Shown here piece by piece: positions 12,861 to 26,665 of a stretch of 64,000 nucleotides of DNA. The DNA is from Antechinus flavipes (Eukaryota): contig NC_067401.1 in NCBI RefSeq assembly GCF_016432865.1, forward strand, positions 387,748,001 to 387,812,000, read 5' to 3'. Below the pieces are notes generated by a model that made no database searches, was not told where the DNA came from, and saw only the letters and a list, made by a program, of their open reading frames with translations. Made by a program: the position numbers and the translations under genes. The number at the start of each line of letters is the position of its first letter. The stretch's first letter is position 1.

Positions 12861-14246
12861 AATGGCATTTATATGAGCCTTTTAAGTTTTGCTGAGAGCT
12901 TTACATATGTTATCACAACAACCTGGGAGGTAGATGCTATTATTATCATCTCCATCTTACAAATAAGGAAACTGAGGCAAAGAGAATTAAATAACTTGTT
13001 CAAATTATTTGTGATTTGGTGAGTATCTAGGATAGGAGCAGAATTTGGATCTTAGCCATTTATGAATTTCACTCCCTAGCCTGCCCTTGTAAGAAATAAT
13101 GAATGTGATACAGAGAAAGACAGAAAACTTGTGTGAACTGATACAAAGTAAAGTAAGCAGAACCAGGAAAACAATATATGATAACAATGTAAATAGAACA
13201 ACAACAACAACAACAAAAATAAATTGAATGCTGGAATTCTCTTTCTCCTCATCTTTGCCTCAAGACATAATCCCTATCTTCCATTAAGGATCAAGTGTTT
13301 TCAGAAGATCATCTCTGTGTTATCCCCTATGAAACTACCCTCTCATTTACTCCATAGTTATCTTCTATTTGTCAATTTATGTGTATGTTGCTGCTTCTTG
13401 AGATCAGGGATTATTTTTTCTTTTTCTTTGCATTCACTGTTCTTATCATAAGGCTATAATTAGTACTTAATAAATGCTATGAAATCATAATGGCCATATT
13501 TGGCCTCTTAAGAAGAGAAATAAAATCATCTTCCCTTTTTTACAGAAGTAGGGGACTATTGCCTACAGTGTTGTACTTCAATGATGTCTTTGTCAGTGCT
13601 GATGAACTGTTTTTTACATTATAGGGACAAAGACAAAATACTAAGAAAATCTGAATAGGGAAAGGCCATTTTAGGCTTGGAGAAATGGGTAGGAGGAAAG
13701 ATAAAAGAAAAGTTTATAAAGGATGCAGCAGCTGAGCTGGATCTTAGAAGACAAAAAAAAAAAAAGACTTTAGTAGGTAAAGATGAGGAGGGAATAATTT
13801 CCAAACATGGTGACAGCTTGTAAAAAAAAAGTTTGGACATAGCACAATATAGGACAAGACTGGAGGAGGAAGCTGATAGCCTAGTTTAGCTGGAATAGAT
13901 AATAAGTGAAATAAGATCAGAGAGTTATATGAATTTAAATTGTGTTGTGTTTTAAATGCCAGGATGAGGAATTTGTATTTTATCTTAGAGATGATAGGCA
14001 ATCATTGAGTAGGCGAATGACATGATCATACTTCAGAAAAATTATTTTGATCACTATACATATATGGAGATGAACTGGAAAATGGAAACACTGAAATAAG
14101 GAAGATGAATTAATTTCAATAGTCCATGCAAATAATGATAACCTCAGTTGGAAGGAATGAAAAGTAGGGAGGAGATTTGAAGGATATAATGGAAGTAGGA
14201 TGAATAAGACATGACAAAACTGAAGCTGGTAGATGAGGGAAAAGGC

Positions 14247-14500
14247 AGCTATGTGGCACAGTAGATAAAGCAGTGGGTAAGGAAGTTAAGAAGTTAAGAA
14301 TCTTCATGAATTCAAATTTGACTTCAGACACTTATGAGCTGTGTGATCTTGGATAAGTCATTTAGCCATGTTTGCCTCTATTTCCTCATTTGTAAAATGA
14401 GCTGGAGAAGGAAATGCCAAACCACTCCAGTATCCTTGCTAAGAAAACCTCAAATGGAGTCATGGAGAGTTGGACATGACTTAAATGACCCAGCAACAAT
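14247..14500 (+). mobile_element. MAR1-type CORE-SINE
   Basis: ggcagctatgtggcacagtagata head, CORE, and ctggagaaggaaatgccaaaccactccagtatc tail. Confidence 0.85.
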
Positions 14501-14746
14501 GACAAAGATAAGGGAAAGGAAAGAGTCAAAGATGAGTCTGAGGTCATAGCTCTGAGTAACTGAGTGGATGATGATATCATCATCAGAAATAAAGAGAGAT
14601 AGGAAAGGATTAGAGGAAATAGTATAAATTAATTTTTAGATATGTAGAATTTGAGGGTGCTGGTGAGAGATCACGTGGAGATGGCCATTAGACTGGTGAA
14701 AATGTAGTCCTCAACTCAGAGAAGAGAATACACCAATTTCATCTAT

Positions 14747-14930
14747 TAGGGCTTTGCAATCTAAGATCCAGAGGCCAAATCAAGCCTGCCAAACATTTTT
14801 TGAATGACTAGCACATTTTGAAATAAAATTGCATTGTATTTAAAAATGTAGAAAAAATATTCTTAGCTGGTAAGACTGTACCAAAACAGGGTCAAGATTT
14901 GGCTCTTAGACTGTTGTCTATCAATCTCTG
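14747..14930 (+). mobile_element. Degraded hAT-Charlie MITE (Charlie4z-like)
   Basis: gaggccaaatcaagcctgcc...aaaatattcttagctgg...aaaacagggtcaagatttggc; related copy at 54.3-54.5 kb. Confidence 0.55.
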
Positions 14931-15744
14931 CAGTATATATAAAGGATAATTTAAGCCCTGGGCATGAAGTTTACTTAGGAAGAGTATATAGGAGAAAGTC
15001 TTAGGAGACCCACATACTTAATGATATGAGAGAAAGGGAAAACCTAAGGGGAGCAAAAAAGGACCAGTTAGGCAGGTAGGAAAAGAACTGGGAGGCAAGA
15101 AAGTCTATAATAAAAGAGACTAGTTGGGGGGGGGGGAAGGGTCAAAAGAATGGTAGGAATGATCACGGAGGATGAATATTCAGAAAAGAGTCATGAATTT
15201 GACCTTTTCCCAGAATGGACGTCATTCAGTTTAGACCAGATATGACTTGGTGGGTGCACTTCCAGGCATAATGGTGAGAGTGGGGATGGGGAAGCTGCAA
15301 AGGCATGAAGAAGACAGTGGATGAGATACTGACTTTAGTAAGCAGCGAGTAGGCACTTTGGCTAGCATATATATTCCAGAGAATATTAAAGGAAAGAGTA
15401 TGAAATCAGCTTCTAAAGGTAAACTGGAGTCAGATCATGAAGGGCTTTAACTGCCAAATTGAGAAGTTTGTGTTTTCTTAGAGGCAGCAGGATGCTACTG
15501 AAGAAGGTTCTTTGGCAGGAGAATGACTTAGTCAGATACAAACTTCCTAAAGTATATTTTGACAGCAAAGTAGAGCATCAATTGGAAAGGGGAGAATTTA
15601 ATGTCAAGAATCTGAATTAGTTACTGAAATAGCATCACTGAAAGATAACGGTAGCTTAAAATAGGGTAATGGTTGAGTGAATGAAAAAAAGGCGCTGGGT
15701 ATGAGAGAAACACTGAATACAGCCTCAGCAAGACTTGGCACACT

Positions 15745-16400
15745 AATGCATTGTTGGTGAAGGTGTGAAATGATTCAACCATTTTGGAGAGCATTTGGAA
15801 CTATGCCCAAAGGCCTATCAAACTGTGCATACCTTTTGACCCAGCAGTGCCATTCCTGGGTCTGTATCCCAAGAAAATCATAAAGGAGGGAAAAGGACCC
15901 ACATGTGCGAAAATGTTTGTAACGATTCTTTTTGTGATAGCAAAGAATTGGAAAATGAATAGATGCTCATCAATTGGGGAATGGTTAAATAAGTTGTAAT
16001 ATGTGAAGATAATGGGATATTATTGTTGATGAACAAGCTGATTTTAGAAAGGCCTGGAAAGCTTTACACGAACTGATGTGGAGCGAAACAAGCAGAACCA
16101 GGAATACACTGTACATAATAACAGGAAGAATGTACAATGATTAACATGAAAGACTTGGCTCTTCTTAGTGGTTCAGTGATCCAAGGCCATCTCAATAAAC
16201 TTTGGATAGAAAATGCCAATTGCATCCAGAAGAAAGAACTATGGAGATTGAATGGTAAATCAACACATGTTATGTTCACTTTCTTTTTCTATTATTTTTT
16301 TTCTCTCTCTCTCATGGTTTTCTCTTTTGTTCTGATTTTTTTCTCTCCCAACATGATTCACAAAGCAATACACATTAAAAACTAATTAATTAATCAATTA
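15745..16400 (+). mobile_element. 5'-truncated L1 (ORF2 C-terminus and 3' UTR)
   Basis: ORF 15784-15999 IWNYAQRPIKLCIPFDPAVPFLGLYPK is the L1 ORF2 end; A-rich tail; TSD-like caagacttggca / caagactttgca. Confidence 0.9.
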
Positions 16401-16832
16401 AAAAACCAAGACTTTGCAAATAACTGAGCATAGTGGGTTTAGGTAAAGAAAAGGGAAGATTTAAGGATGACACTAAGGTTTTGAATTTGAATCTACTACT
16501 TATTTTCTGTGAGAAATTGTACCAGTAAGACATTAAACATTTTTAAAATGCCTCCTGTATACTAAGTGCTAGGAAACGAAAAGGAAAAAAAATGTTTTTG
16601 TCCTTTAGGAACTCACTTTCTAATTAGAGAGACAGCATGCAAATAACTGGACACAAATGATACGTATGAGATAGAAGAGAAGTAATTTCAGAGGGAAGGC
16701 AAACTATAGGAGCCAAAGGCACTAGGAAATATCTCCCATAGATAAGTCTTGAAGAAAGTCAAGGAGTCCAAGAAATAGAGCCATTTAACTTTTCTGAACT
16801 TTGGTTTTCTCTTTTGAAAAAAATGAGGGGGT

Positions 16833-16975
16833 TGGAAAAGCTTAAGTGGTACAGTAGATAAAGCAAATAGCACTTCTCCTGGAATCAGGAGGCTCTGAAT
16901 TCAAATTTTACTCAGACACTTGACATTACTAACTGTGTGTGACTCTGAGCAAGTCACTTAACCTTGATTGCCTGT
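16833..16975 (+). mobile_element. tRNA-derived SINE (WSINE1/SINE-1-like) followed by a TAGA/CA/TA microsatellite
   Basis: ggaatcaggaggctctgaattcaaat...aagtcacttaaccttgattgcc. Confidence 0.8.
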
Positions 16976-18507
16976 CTTTCATAGATAGATAGATCTACCT
17001 ATACACACATATACACAATGTGTACATGCACGTATATGTAGATATACACACATGCATATATTCACTTATAGTTGCATGCATGCATGAATACATATATACA
17101 TATACTGTGTGTGTGCACTTGTGCGAAATGAAGGGCAAACTATATGAATCCCAAAGTTCCTTCCAGTTCTAAGGCTAATAGTTTATAATCCCATTTTGAA
17201 GAGGAACAGAGAGCAGGAGAATGAAGTGTTTAGCTTGACATAGATAGTGTAAGAGCCAGGACTGGAGCCCAAATTGCCACTGTTTTTAATTCTCATTTCC
17301 TGAGCAATCCTGGTTGTTACTCAATAATACCACTTATTCAATAAAATTGACTTTCCTTGTGCTTCCATCCCATCTTTCCAAATAGATCCTCAACTCCTGC
17401 CATATTGTTTTGTATCCTGAACAGTCTTCTTCAGTATATGTTCTATTGCCTGGCTGACCATTGGTAAAGCAAGATAGTGGCAAAAGTTTGAAGAAAAATT
17501 TCCCATTGATTTTTTTCATTTTATTTCCACAATAATCCTAGGAGGGAGATAACTGTAGTTAAGAAAATTTAAGTTCTGAGAGATCACCCTATTTTAAGCC
17601 CCCCAGTCATCTCTCACCAAAGCTATTTCAGTAACCAACTTGGATTCTCAACATCAGACTCTCCTTTTTCCAACTGATGTTCTACTTTGCTGTACAAATA
17701 CATTTGGTCAAGGTCATATGACGAAGTTCATGGTTTAAGCAGGATCAACCTTGGAAGCTGGAAGGTCCCTCAACATGCATCTAGTTCAATCTGCGGTTAA
17801 AAAGGAAAACTTACAATGACACACCCAACAAATGTCCATCAGGGCTCTGCTTAAAGACTCTTCTGAGGAAGGAGACATGCTATCTCCCCAGGCAGTCTAT
17901 TGTACTTATTGGTAGCTCTGATCTTTAGGAAGTTTTTCCTGACCTCAAGCCTAAATTTGCCTCCTGGTGACTTCCACTCATTGTTCCTGGTTCTGTCCTT
18001 GGGGGCCAAACAGAACAAGCCTAATCCTTGTTACACAGGACAGCCCTTCAAATACTATCATTGAATACAGCTATCCTATTTCCTGAGTTTTCTTTTATTC
18101 TTGCTAAATACCCTTAGTTCCTTCAAATGATTCTTCAGTGGCACAGATCCAAGACCCTTCAATATTCTAGATGCCTTCCTCTGGAAACTCTCCAACTTGG
18201 CAATGTCCTTTCTAAGATGTGCTGCCCAGAACTGAACACAGGCTACATGTGATCTCACCAGAGCAGAATATAGCAGGCCTATTGCCTCCTTGTCCTAGAA
18301 GATTCATGAAATCCAAGTCACATAAGCTTCTTTGACTGCCATATCACACTGACGACTCATAGTGAGCTTGTATCCTACCATGCCCCACTAGGTTTTGTTC
18401 AATGGAATTGCTCTCTGACAATATCTCCTGACACCTTGTACTTTTGAAGTTGATATTTTGGTCCCAGGTGTAAGACTTTACATTTATCCCTATTAAACTT
18501 CATTTTA

Positions 18508-18830
18508 GGGGCAGCTAGATAGCACAGTGGATAGAGCAGGGCTTTTTAAACTTTTTCCACTCATGACTCAAGGAATTTTTACATGACCACAAGTATATAG
18601 GTATGTAAAACAACTATACAAATCAAACATTTACTGGTAATACACCAATATTTCACACAACCCCACATTCAGTTATATGACCCTTTATGGAATCATGACC
18701 CACAGTTTAAGAAGTTTGGAGATAGAGCACTGGTCCTGGAGTCAGGAGGACCTGAGTTTAAATTTGACCTCAGCCACTTACTAATTGTGTGACCCTAGCA
18801 AGTCATTTAACCCAAATTGTCTCCAAATAA
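18508..18830 (+). mobile_element. WSINE1/SINE-1-type SINE interrupted by a MITE
   Basis: Head ggggcagctagatagcacagtggatagag resumes as cactggtcctggagtcaggaggacctgag after 18727. Confidence 0.85.
18537..18719 (+). mobile_element. hAT MITE with 8-bp TSD
   Basis: Termini cagggctttttaaact ... agtttaagaagtttgg; TSD ggatagag (18529-18536) / agatagag (18720-18727); same family in reverse at 37530-37807. Confidence 0.8.
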
Positions 18831-19639
18831 ATTAATTATATTTTAATAGTTTCATTCAGCCCAGTGTTCTAGTTTGTTAAGATCTTTTTTGGATCTTGAC
18901 TCATCTAATCATTCTCCCCAAAGATTTGTGTCAGTTACATATTTGTTGAATCTACCATCCATGTCTTTTGAGTTACTGATAGTGGTGCTGATATCACTGA
19001 TAAAAATACTACACAGTTCAGAGATAAGCATGGATCCCAGGGATACTCTTCTGGAGAAGTCTTTCTAAGTTTATGATTAACTCCTTTTTGATTCTGACAT
19101 TCAACCAAATCCCAGTTCATCTAACTTTACCTAGCCCATCATTATCTTTTCCACCAGAACAGTATATGAGATTTTAACAAATCTTTTGCTATAATCTAAG
19201 TAAACCATATCTATGGCATTCCTCTTGTCTATTAGTTCAGTAATTCTGTGAAAAAGAGAAATAAGGTTAGTCTAGTATGACCTGTTTTTGATGAAGGCAC
19301 ATAAGCTCCTTGTAATTGCTATTTCTTTTCTAGATGTTCACTGACCATTTTTTAAAAAACAATTTCCTCCAGGAATTGAAGGTGAACTCATCAAACTACA
19401 GTTTACAGATTCTATTCACTTCATATTTGTGAAAATCAGGATAATATGTTATTTTCTGACATTTTTCATCTGTTCTCCATAGTCTTTGAAATATCACTGG
19501 CAGTTCTTAAGCAATCATATCTGGCAGCTCATTTAGTATCTTGGATGTAATTCTTTTGGTCTTGATGACTTGAATTTATTAAGCAGCAGTCCCCTCTCAC
19601 TATCTTCTTAACTCAGATACTAACAACCTACTGATTTTT

Positions 19640-20430
19640 TTTTTTGTTCTGGACTAGCATTTATCAATGCTCTGTGCTAAGTGTTGATGATATAAAGAAA
19701 AGCAAAAGACAGTTCCTGTTCTCAAGGAGCTAAAAGTTTAAAGGAGAAAATAATACACACATGTATACATAAAATACACAATGTATTAAATGCATTAAAA
19801 ATACTATATTATACATTATGCACAATAAGTATAGAATATATAAAATAAACTAGGGAGTGTCAGAAAAAAGGCATTAAGACTATGAAAGCTAGGAAGTCTT
19901 CTTACAGAAGGTAGGACTTTTGCCAGAACTTGAAAGAAATAAAGCCTGGTTGATAGAGATGAGTAGTGAAAGCATTTAAGGCATGGGGTATAGTCAGTAA
20001 AAATGCTCAAAATTGGGAGATGCAATGTTGTGTGGGAAGAAAAGCCAGGAGGTCAGTTTCATGGGAATGTTAAATATTTGGAGGAGAATGTAAGGTGTAA
20101 GAAGATTGGAAAGGAAGACAAGCCTGTTATGGAGGGCATTAAAGTCAAACAAGAGATTTTATAGTTAACCTTAGAGGTGTGAAAGAAAATCTCTGCAGTT
20201 TGTTGAATGGGGAAAATGATTGGTAACATAGTTAAAACTTAGGTTTTAAGGTTTTAAGAAGATTTATTTGACAGTTGGGTGAAGAATGGATTGTGTAGTA
20301 GGGAGAGAGCTGAGGGAAGTAGAGCCACCAGCAAGCTTTTGCTGTGGTCCAGGTATGAAGTGATCAAGGTCTGCAACAGGGTGATGTTAGTGTCAGAGAA
20401 GGGGGCAGTCCAAATGTCTTTCTCCTTGAC
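19640..20430 (+). mobile_element. L2 LINE fragment inside L3
   Basis: L2 3' motifs (agcatttatcaatgctctgtgctaagtg, gacagttcctgttctcaaggagct) and ORF2 remnants. Confidence 0.7.
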
Positions 20431-21489
20431 AGAAAAAATAAGAAAAATAAGAAATAGGAAGCTCTGCTTTCTCTCTCTTGTCAATCCCTTCTCTGTTGTC
20501 AATCATTGTCCCCTTGGCCCTAAGCCATCATATTATTCTTTCTTTGATTCTTTTCTTTCCTCCAATATAGTAAAAGTTTCTTTTCTGTTGTTCCAAGATT
20601 TTATTCCCCATCTAAATTTACAATGAATTTCAGCACTCCTGCTACTATTCTTACAGGCTTATGGGAACATTTTATATTTTCATATTTCTTTTCTGTAATT
20701 TTCCCTTGCTTCCATAGTCTCTGTGTGTGTATGTGTATAAAATCTAAACTGATAAATTCTCTATGTATCCACATATCAATCCTTCAGTAATTCTTGAATT
20801 TCTTTGGAACTATTTCTGTTTATGTCTTCAGAATTTCATTCTTGAGAGTTCTTTGAGCTCCCTGACCCTCTATGCAATTTTAGTCCATGGGAAGCTACCC
20901 ATGTTTTCTCTGAACCTTTTGAAAACTGGGGTCCCCAAATGGATAGTGAATGTCAAGCTATTACTAGCTTTCTTCTCTATCACTAGCTCTAGAAAAGAGC
21001 AGTCATTTCCCACAATTCTCCTGCCATTTCCGTCCCATCACCAGTTCCTCATCTTAATGAGAATCATATCCCTAATTGAATTTCCTCATGTTGGTTCCTC
21101 CATCTTTTGGAGGATGAAATTATCATTATAACAAGTCAAGAAGTTATTAGCTGCTCTAATTTTAGAAGAGCAGCTAATCATGATCTTCTGATCCTAAATC
21201 CAGAGCTCCTTCCACTATTCCACTATTGACTGATGGGATGGTTTATAATTGCATCTCTACCTATCCAATTCTCTTTATCTTTTAGTTCTTCTGGCTCTCA
21301 TTGTCCCTTTTCATCAGACTTTGACTCTACCACTGACCTTATGAACTAAATATTGCTGTAAAAAAACTCTGACCCTACTACTAGCCTCATTCTGTTGAAT
21401 CAGTGATTTGATCTTTTACCAGGTTTTCAAAATTCTTTACCAAGGTATCCTAGACTACTTCAGCTAAATCACCTCTTTCCATTTTCTAA

Positions 21490-22075
21490 TTTCATTTCAA
21501 AGAGATCCCACAAGTTATCTAGTTTAATCTGAATCCAAAAGGAATTCTTTTCACAATAACCATTACAAGTGGTCTTCGATTCTCCATTTGAAAGGGGAGT
21601 TTTCATCTCTTGAATGAACTCATTTCACTTTTGGACACCTTTAATACATTTTTCATTATATTGAGCAGATATCTGTCTCTCTGCAACTTCTACCCATTAG
21701 TCCTCATTCAGTCCTAAAAGGCAAAGGAGAACAAATCGAAAGTCTTTTTGATTTGAAAATGAAATATGCTGAGACAGTCATTATTTCCCCTCTGAGTCTT
21801 CTCTTTTCCAAGCTAACCACTCCTAATTCCTTCAACTCATTTTTATATGGCAAAGTTCCCCCATCATCTCCCTATCCTTGTTCTCCTCTGGATACATTCC
21901 ATTTTGTCAATGTCCTTCTGAATTGCACTGCCCACACTGGGACATAACACTCCAGACCTGATCTGACCAATGCAAAGTATAATGAGATTAGCTTCTCTCC
22001 CATTTCAGAAACAGATCTGAACCCACGATTTCTTTTTTGTAGAGCATTCCCAGTGTGAATGCTTCATCAATACAA
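21490..22075 (-). mobile_element. Second CR1/L3 3' fragment
   Basis: tcccctctgagtcttctcttttccaagctaac...tccttcaactc...actccagacctgatctgaccaatgca, similar to 17.8-18.3 kb. Confidence 0.7.
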
Positions 22076-22080
22076 ATCAG

Positions 22081-22233
22081 TAGATAAAGGCCCAGTAGAT
22101 AAAGCACCAGCCCTGAAGTCAGAAAGACCTGAATTCAAATCTAGCCTCAGATACTTAACACTTACTGGTTGTATGACCCTGGGTTGTCACTTAATCCCAA
22201 TGGTCTCAGCAAAAAAAAAAAAAAAAAAATCGA
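22081..22233 (+). mobile_element. 5'-truncated WSINE1 with poly(A)
   Basis: WSINE1 body, long A tail, TSD-like atacaaatcag / atacagatcag. Confidence 0.85.
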
Positions 22234-22982
22234 TACAGATCAGCAATTTATAATGTATCATTTTAGAGAGTTGCATTGAGAGGAAAAATGACTTCCCTGT
22301 ATTCACAGAACTAGTAAAAGTTAAAGACTTAGACCCATGTCTTCTTAACTCTAAGACCAAGTCTTCTATCTTATCAGCAGTGTCCAATTCAAATCAAAAT
22401 AGCATATTGACTTAGAAAATCCCAAACAAATCTTCTGTTATATTGTATCTTTATTTATTTTGTTAAACTATTCCCAACTACATTTTAATCTACTTTGGAT
22501 GGGAAATGGAGAGGTACATGTGAAGTGCAAGGAAGAGCAAGGAGACCAGTTTGGCCAAAGCACAGAGCACAGGAAGGAGAAAAATATATAAGATGGGAAG
22601 GTTGAGAAAGGTTTTAAAAGACAAAGGAATTTATTTTTGATCCTTCCATACTTGGCTTTGATTGTTTGTTTTTTTTTTTCATTGATTTGATTGATTTTTT
22701 TTTTTTGGGGGGGAACCTAAGTGAATTTATTGTTTTCTCTAGTAATTTCAGCTCAACACCCATTTCAGCCTCTCACTCCCACTTTCCTGTTTTCCTCTAA
22801 GCTGTACCACACACCTGGAATATTTTGTTTTCAGGGTGCTTTTCATATTATTCCAGATGCTTCTGAAATCCTCCCCCTTCTGTTTCCCAGGCTGATGGAA
22901 AAGAAAAGAGGCTAAATGCTTTCTCAACATCCTCTGCTGAGATAATATATACAAAGTACCTTGCAAACTTTAAGGTACGCTA

Positions 22983-23075
22983 CAAGGTGTCCCAAAAGTT
23001 TTAGTGCTAATTTAATTTTTAGCTAATTTAACATTTAATAAGCTTAAAGTGCACTAAGACTTTTGGGACACACTG
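22983..23075. mobile_element. Tc1/mariner MITE
   Basis: TIRs caaggtgtcccaaaagttttagtgc / gcactaagacttttgggacacactg, preceded by TA; degraded copy at ~31339-31390. Confidence 0.85.
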
Positions 23076-25457
23076 TCTAAATATTAGCTATAATTATCAT
23101 CATTCCATCCAATTATGAAAATCCAACAAACCTCTCACCTTCCCTATCCTAACTGCAGTTCCTCTTTACTTATACCATTATTATTCCAAATATCTAACAG
23201 GGAGCTATTGCTTATATTTTTATTCCCAATGCTTAGCTCAGTGTGAGTGCTTAATAATGTTTTTTATTTATTCATTCATTCATAAACTATTCAAATTGCT
23301 AACCTTGTTTACTTAAACCCTCATTTACTATTTATTATTCAGCTATTTATGAGTATGTTCCATATCTATTCATATTAGTGTTATCTGTTATAAACATTAA
23401 GTCCCTATCAGGAAGGATTCTGTCAGTATAATTTATTCTACATGAAATGAGAAGTTTGTATTGTGAATTAATCAATCCTTAAGCATTTAATTCCTACTGT
23501 GTGCTAGATGTTAGAATAGAAATGCAGTAAATGAATTAAGGTCTACTTCTAAGGAGCTCACAAAAATCCCTATCAGTGTCTCGATACCCTAATAGGGTGT
23601 ATGCTTCAGGAGAGCAGGAATTCTGCATTATCTAAACTCTGCCATCCAGACTCCATTTGATAAGGGAAGTTATCACCCAGTTCTTATCTTGGGCCTCTGA
23701 ACACTTGGCACTTCATATATCTTTATTGTGTTGTGTCATAAAGGCTACTGGATGATGAGGACAATGATCATTCACTGCCAAGTTTCCCTTTGAAGAATAT
23801 AATACAAATGACTTGTCTCAATTCACCATGACAGAAAATGAATGCCCTGGAGTCCTGCCCTATTTCTCTGAACACAGTCACCTTCTCTATCACTTTTCAA
23901 CAGAGCTATAACTAGGAATTTTTCAGAGGGGGCAGTAGATTTGAGGAAAATACAGTCATGTTGTTGCATGTGAAGAGGGGGATAGCTGATCTCTAAATGC
24001 AGGGGTGAGAGGCAGGGTTCTGGGAAAAGGAGGGATCCCAGGGTTGTGACCCCACTTCTGCTAGTTAGAGGGCCAGTCTGCCTCCTTTTTGAGAGGGAGG
24101 AATATACCTAAAGTTAATCTTGAGATGATTATGATACATGTTAGTCTGGATTATGAAACTTGGTGTAATGATGGGTCTGGGGATAAAGCTCAGACAGATG
24201 GGAACAAATTGGGCAAAATTTGTTCAATTCTACTTATTCCTCTGCCTTTAGATGTGAAAGTCAAACATCAGAAATAAAAATCCTGCCCCTACCATCCCAA
24301 TCACAAGTGAGTTTAGCATCTTGTACTCAACTCCGGATTATTTTCCTGAGCTGGCCATGTAAGGACCTGAGAACAAATTTCAGTTCTGCAGGGGAACCAA
24401 TGATCTTTTCCTCCACATATTCCAGCTGTCCACTGCTGCAGGGGGCTGGAGGAGAAAGAAAACTAGACCTGAGTTTCAGTAACCTACTCACTGAGTGATC
24501 TTGGGCAGGCCACAGAGGACATAACACGTAGAAATGGCAGAGGCATTTGAATCCAAGTCCTCTACTCCAAATCTTGACACAACTCTACACAGCTTCTCAT
24601 TTGACTTTGCCATTTCCTTATTTCTAGAATGAGGCAGTAAATAAAAGATCTATTTTAATTTTGACAGTCTGTGATGTTAAGGGTCCAGTGGAAAGAAATG
24701 TGGTGGTCTACAAGAAGAAGCAGTAAGACAAAGAAAAGTTTGTCCAAGAGTTCCCAAAATTATTGGCAGGCAGACATATGTAATGTAAAATGCTAGACTT
24801 GAGTCAAGAAGACTTGAATTCAAATCCTGCCTCCAATACACACACAGGGTAGGGTTTTTATTTCTGATGTTTGACTTTCACATCTAAAGACAGAGGAATA
24901 AGTAGTATTGAACAAACTTTGCCCAATTTGCTCACATCTGTCTGAAATTAATCCCCAGACCCATCATTACACTAAGTTTCATAGTCCAGACTAACATGTA
25001 TCACAGTTACTTGACTGTGGACAAGTTCTTGACCTTTAAATGGTGATAATCACAGCACCTACCTCACAGGCAGGTTGTTGTCAGGATCACATGAGTTAAC
25101 ATATGTAAAGTAATTAGCAAATCTTAAAGTGCTATCTAAGGTAATACCACCTATTATTACTACCCTGGAAGGCTAATGCTGCATCAGGCAATGTGGTTGT
25201 CCAGTATAATCAGAGTGTAATCTGTAATCAGAGGAGTTAAGTCTGAATCCTGACTGTAGCTTAACAGATGAGATGGTCTGTGAGGTTCCTACAATCAGTT
25301 TAATGTATCTCTGACAAGTTCAGCCAAGGAACTCAGGATCGAGGGACTTGAGAACAAGAATATGGGAACTTAAAAAGCTGAGAAGATTTTCAGAACTTCA
25401 TTGAGATGCTCTCTATCCCTCTAGTGTGATTACCTCTTTTACCCAGTCAAGAAAAAA

Positions 25458-25898
25458 TAGCTCACTTGGTCGCTGTTTGGACCCCTGATGGTTCTGAGTG
25501 AGTAAAAATAGCAATTGTTCATATTTTGGCCAGAAACCCTGAGGCTCTTCCCCTCCAAGACTGTTTGTTTTTTTTTTTAAGTAGGTTAAAAAAAAGTCAT
25601 TCTTTGCCTCATTTTTTTACCTGGTCTCAGTCACGGAATGGGTATTGCCTCAGTTAAACTGAGACCTGGGAAAGACCTTAACTTAAAAAGACCAAGGTCT
25701 CCCACTGCATCCAGAGCCATCTTCAGATGAACTGATCTCTGTCTGGCCATTCTATGTGGCCCCAAGGCTCAGGAAGAAAAAGTGAGGCTGGTGACTTTGC
25801 ACAGTCCTCCCTGGCTAAAATCTAATTCACTTGCAAGTCATGACATCACCTTCCTGATGTCATGGTCCTCTTTGAGAAGGAAAGACAAATAACAACAA
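25458..25898. mobile_element. WALLSI4-like RTE-related SINE
   Basis: ggccagaaaccctgagg, gagacctgggaaagacctta, ggtctcccactgcatcc, gtgactttgcacag, catggtcctctttgag...acaaataacaac; a fragment in the opposite orientation lies at 57735-57830. Confidence 0.75.
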
Positions 25899-26665
25899 TC
25901 CCCCTAGCCTCATAGATTCTGGTTGACAACTTTCAATACATGCTAATTATATTCAGTTATTATATATTCAGCATTATATATTCATTATTATATTCAGTAA
26001 TATTCATATTTATATTCAAATATATAATCTTGGGAAGAGAGGTTTTTTTTTTCACTTTTTTCTTTGCCTCTCCAGTGACTGACACAAAATAGACACTTAC
26101 TAAATGCTTGTTGATTAATCAGGGCTGGGGAGGAGGAAGAAGACAGAAAAGATAGACTAGAGCCCTTCCTATTCTCCCCATGCAGTCCGCTTTGGAAAAA
26201 GAGACTTCCCTTGGATTGGATAGCCATTACTCCCAGTCAATGTGAGGGCTGCTTCCAGGCACATTACTTAAAGCTGAGGTGTTTTAGATGGAACTCTAAG
26301 AAAAGCAAAAGATTTAGGGAGTCTGTGAGACAGGGAGGCAGTAAAGGTGTATGTAGCCTTGCTCAGGTTGCTCTCTGAGCTGCAAAAAGAAACCTCCATT
26401 AGAGAAGGGAGCAGGCAGCGCAGGTCGGACACCCAGCAAGAGGCCTTTCTGGCTTCATAGTCTGTCAGTCTGATGTTTGGCTCCTGGACCTGAGGCCCTC
26501 TCTCATGGTCCATTACCATGGAGACAGCTCAGTTCATACTGTACTCAGGTCCACAGGTTTCTCTTCCATCATTTCAAATCTCTCACTCTCCTGCATCCTC
26601 TCTCTCTAATGCGCCCCACCCCTTCCCCTCAGTCACATCTGTGGATTTTCCTGCCTCATCCAGTA

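Larger units (their letters stand above)
13640..15740 (+). mobile_element. L2 LINE fragments interrupted by a MAR1 SINE and a hAT MITE
   Basis: Purine-rich L2 ORF2 remnants (gaatttgtattttatcttagag, gaatttgagggtgctgg, gggctttaactgccaa). Confidence 0.6.
17720..21470 (-). mobile_element. Ancient CR1/L3 LINE, about 3 kb, split by later insertions
   Basis: Minus-strand translations give CR1 ORF2 motifs, e.g. ACVQFWAAHLRKDIAKLESFQRKASRILKGL (18076-18258), with degraded RT and endonuclease-region remnants to ~21.4 kb; interrupted by SINE/MITE (18.5-18.8 kb) and L2 (19.6-20.4 kb). Confidence 0.8.

Noticed and set aside
20279-21131. 115-aa and 122-aa + strand ORFs
   Set aside because: Antisense read-through of decayed L2 and CR1/L3 sequence
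10099-26659. Identical 14-mer ttttcctgcctcat next to both MEF2/TATA elements (10099 and 26646)
   Set aside because: Several 14-mer matches are expected by chance in 64 kb, and spacing to the element differs (about 50 versus 6 nt)
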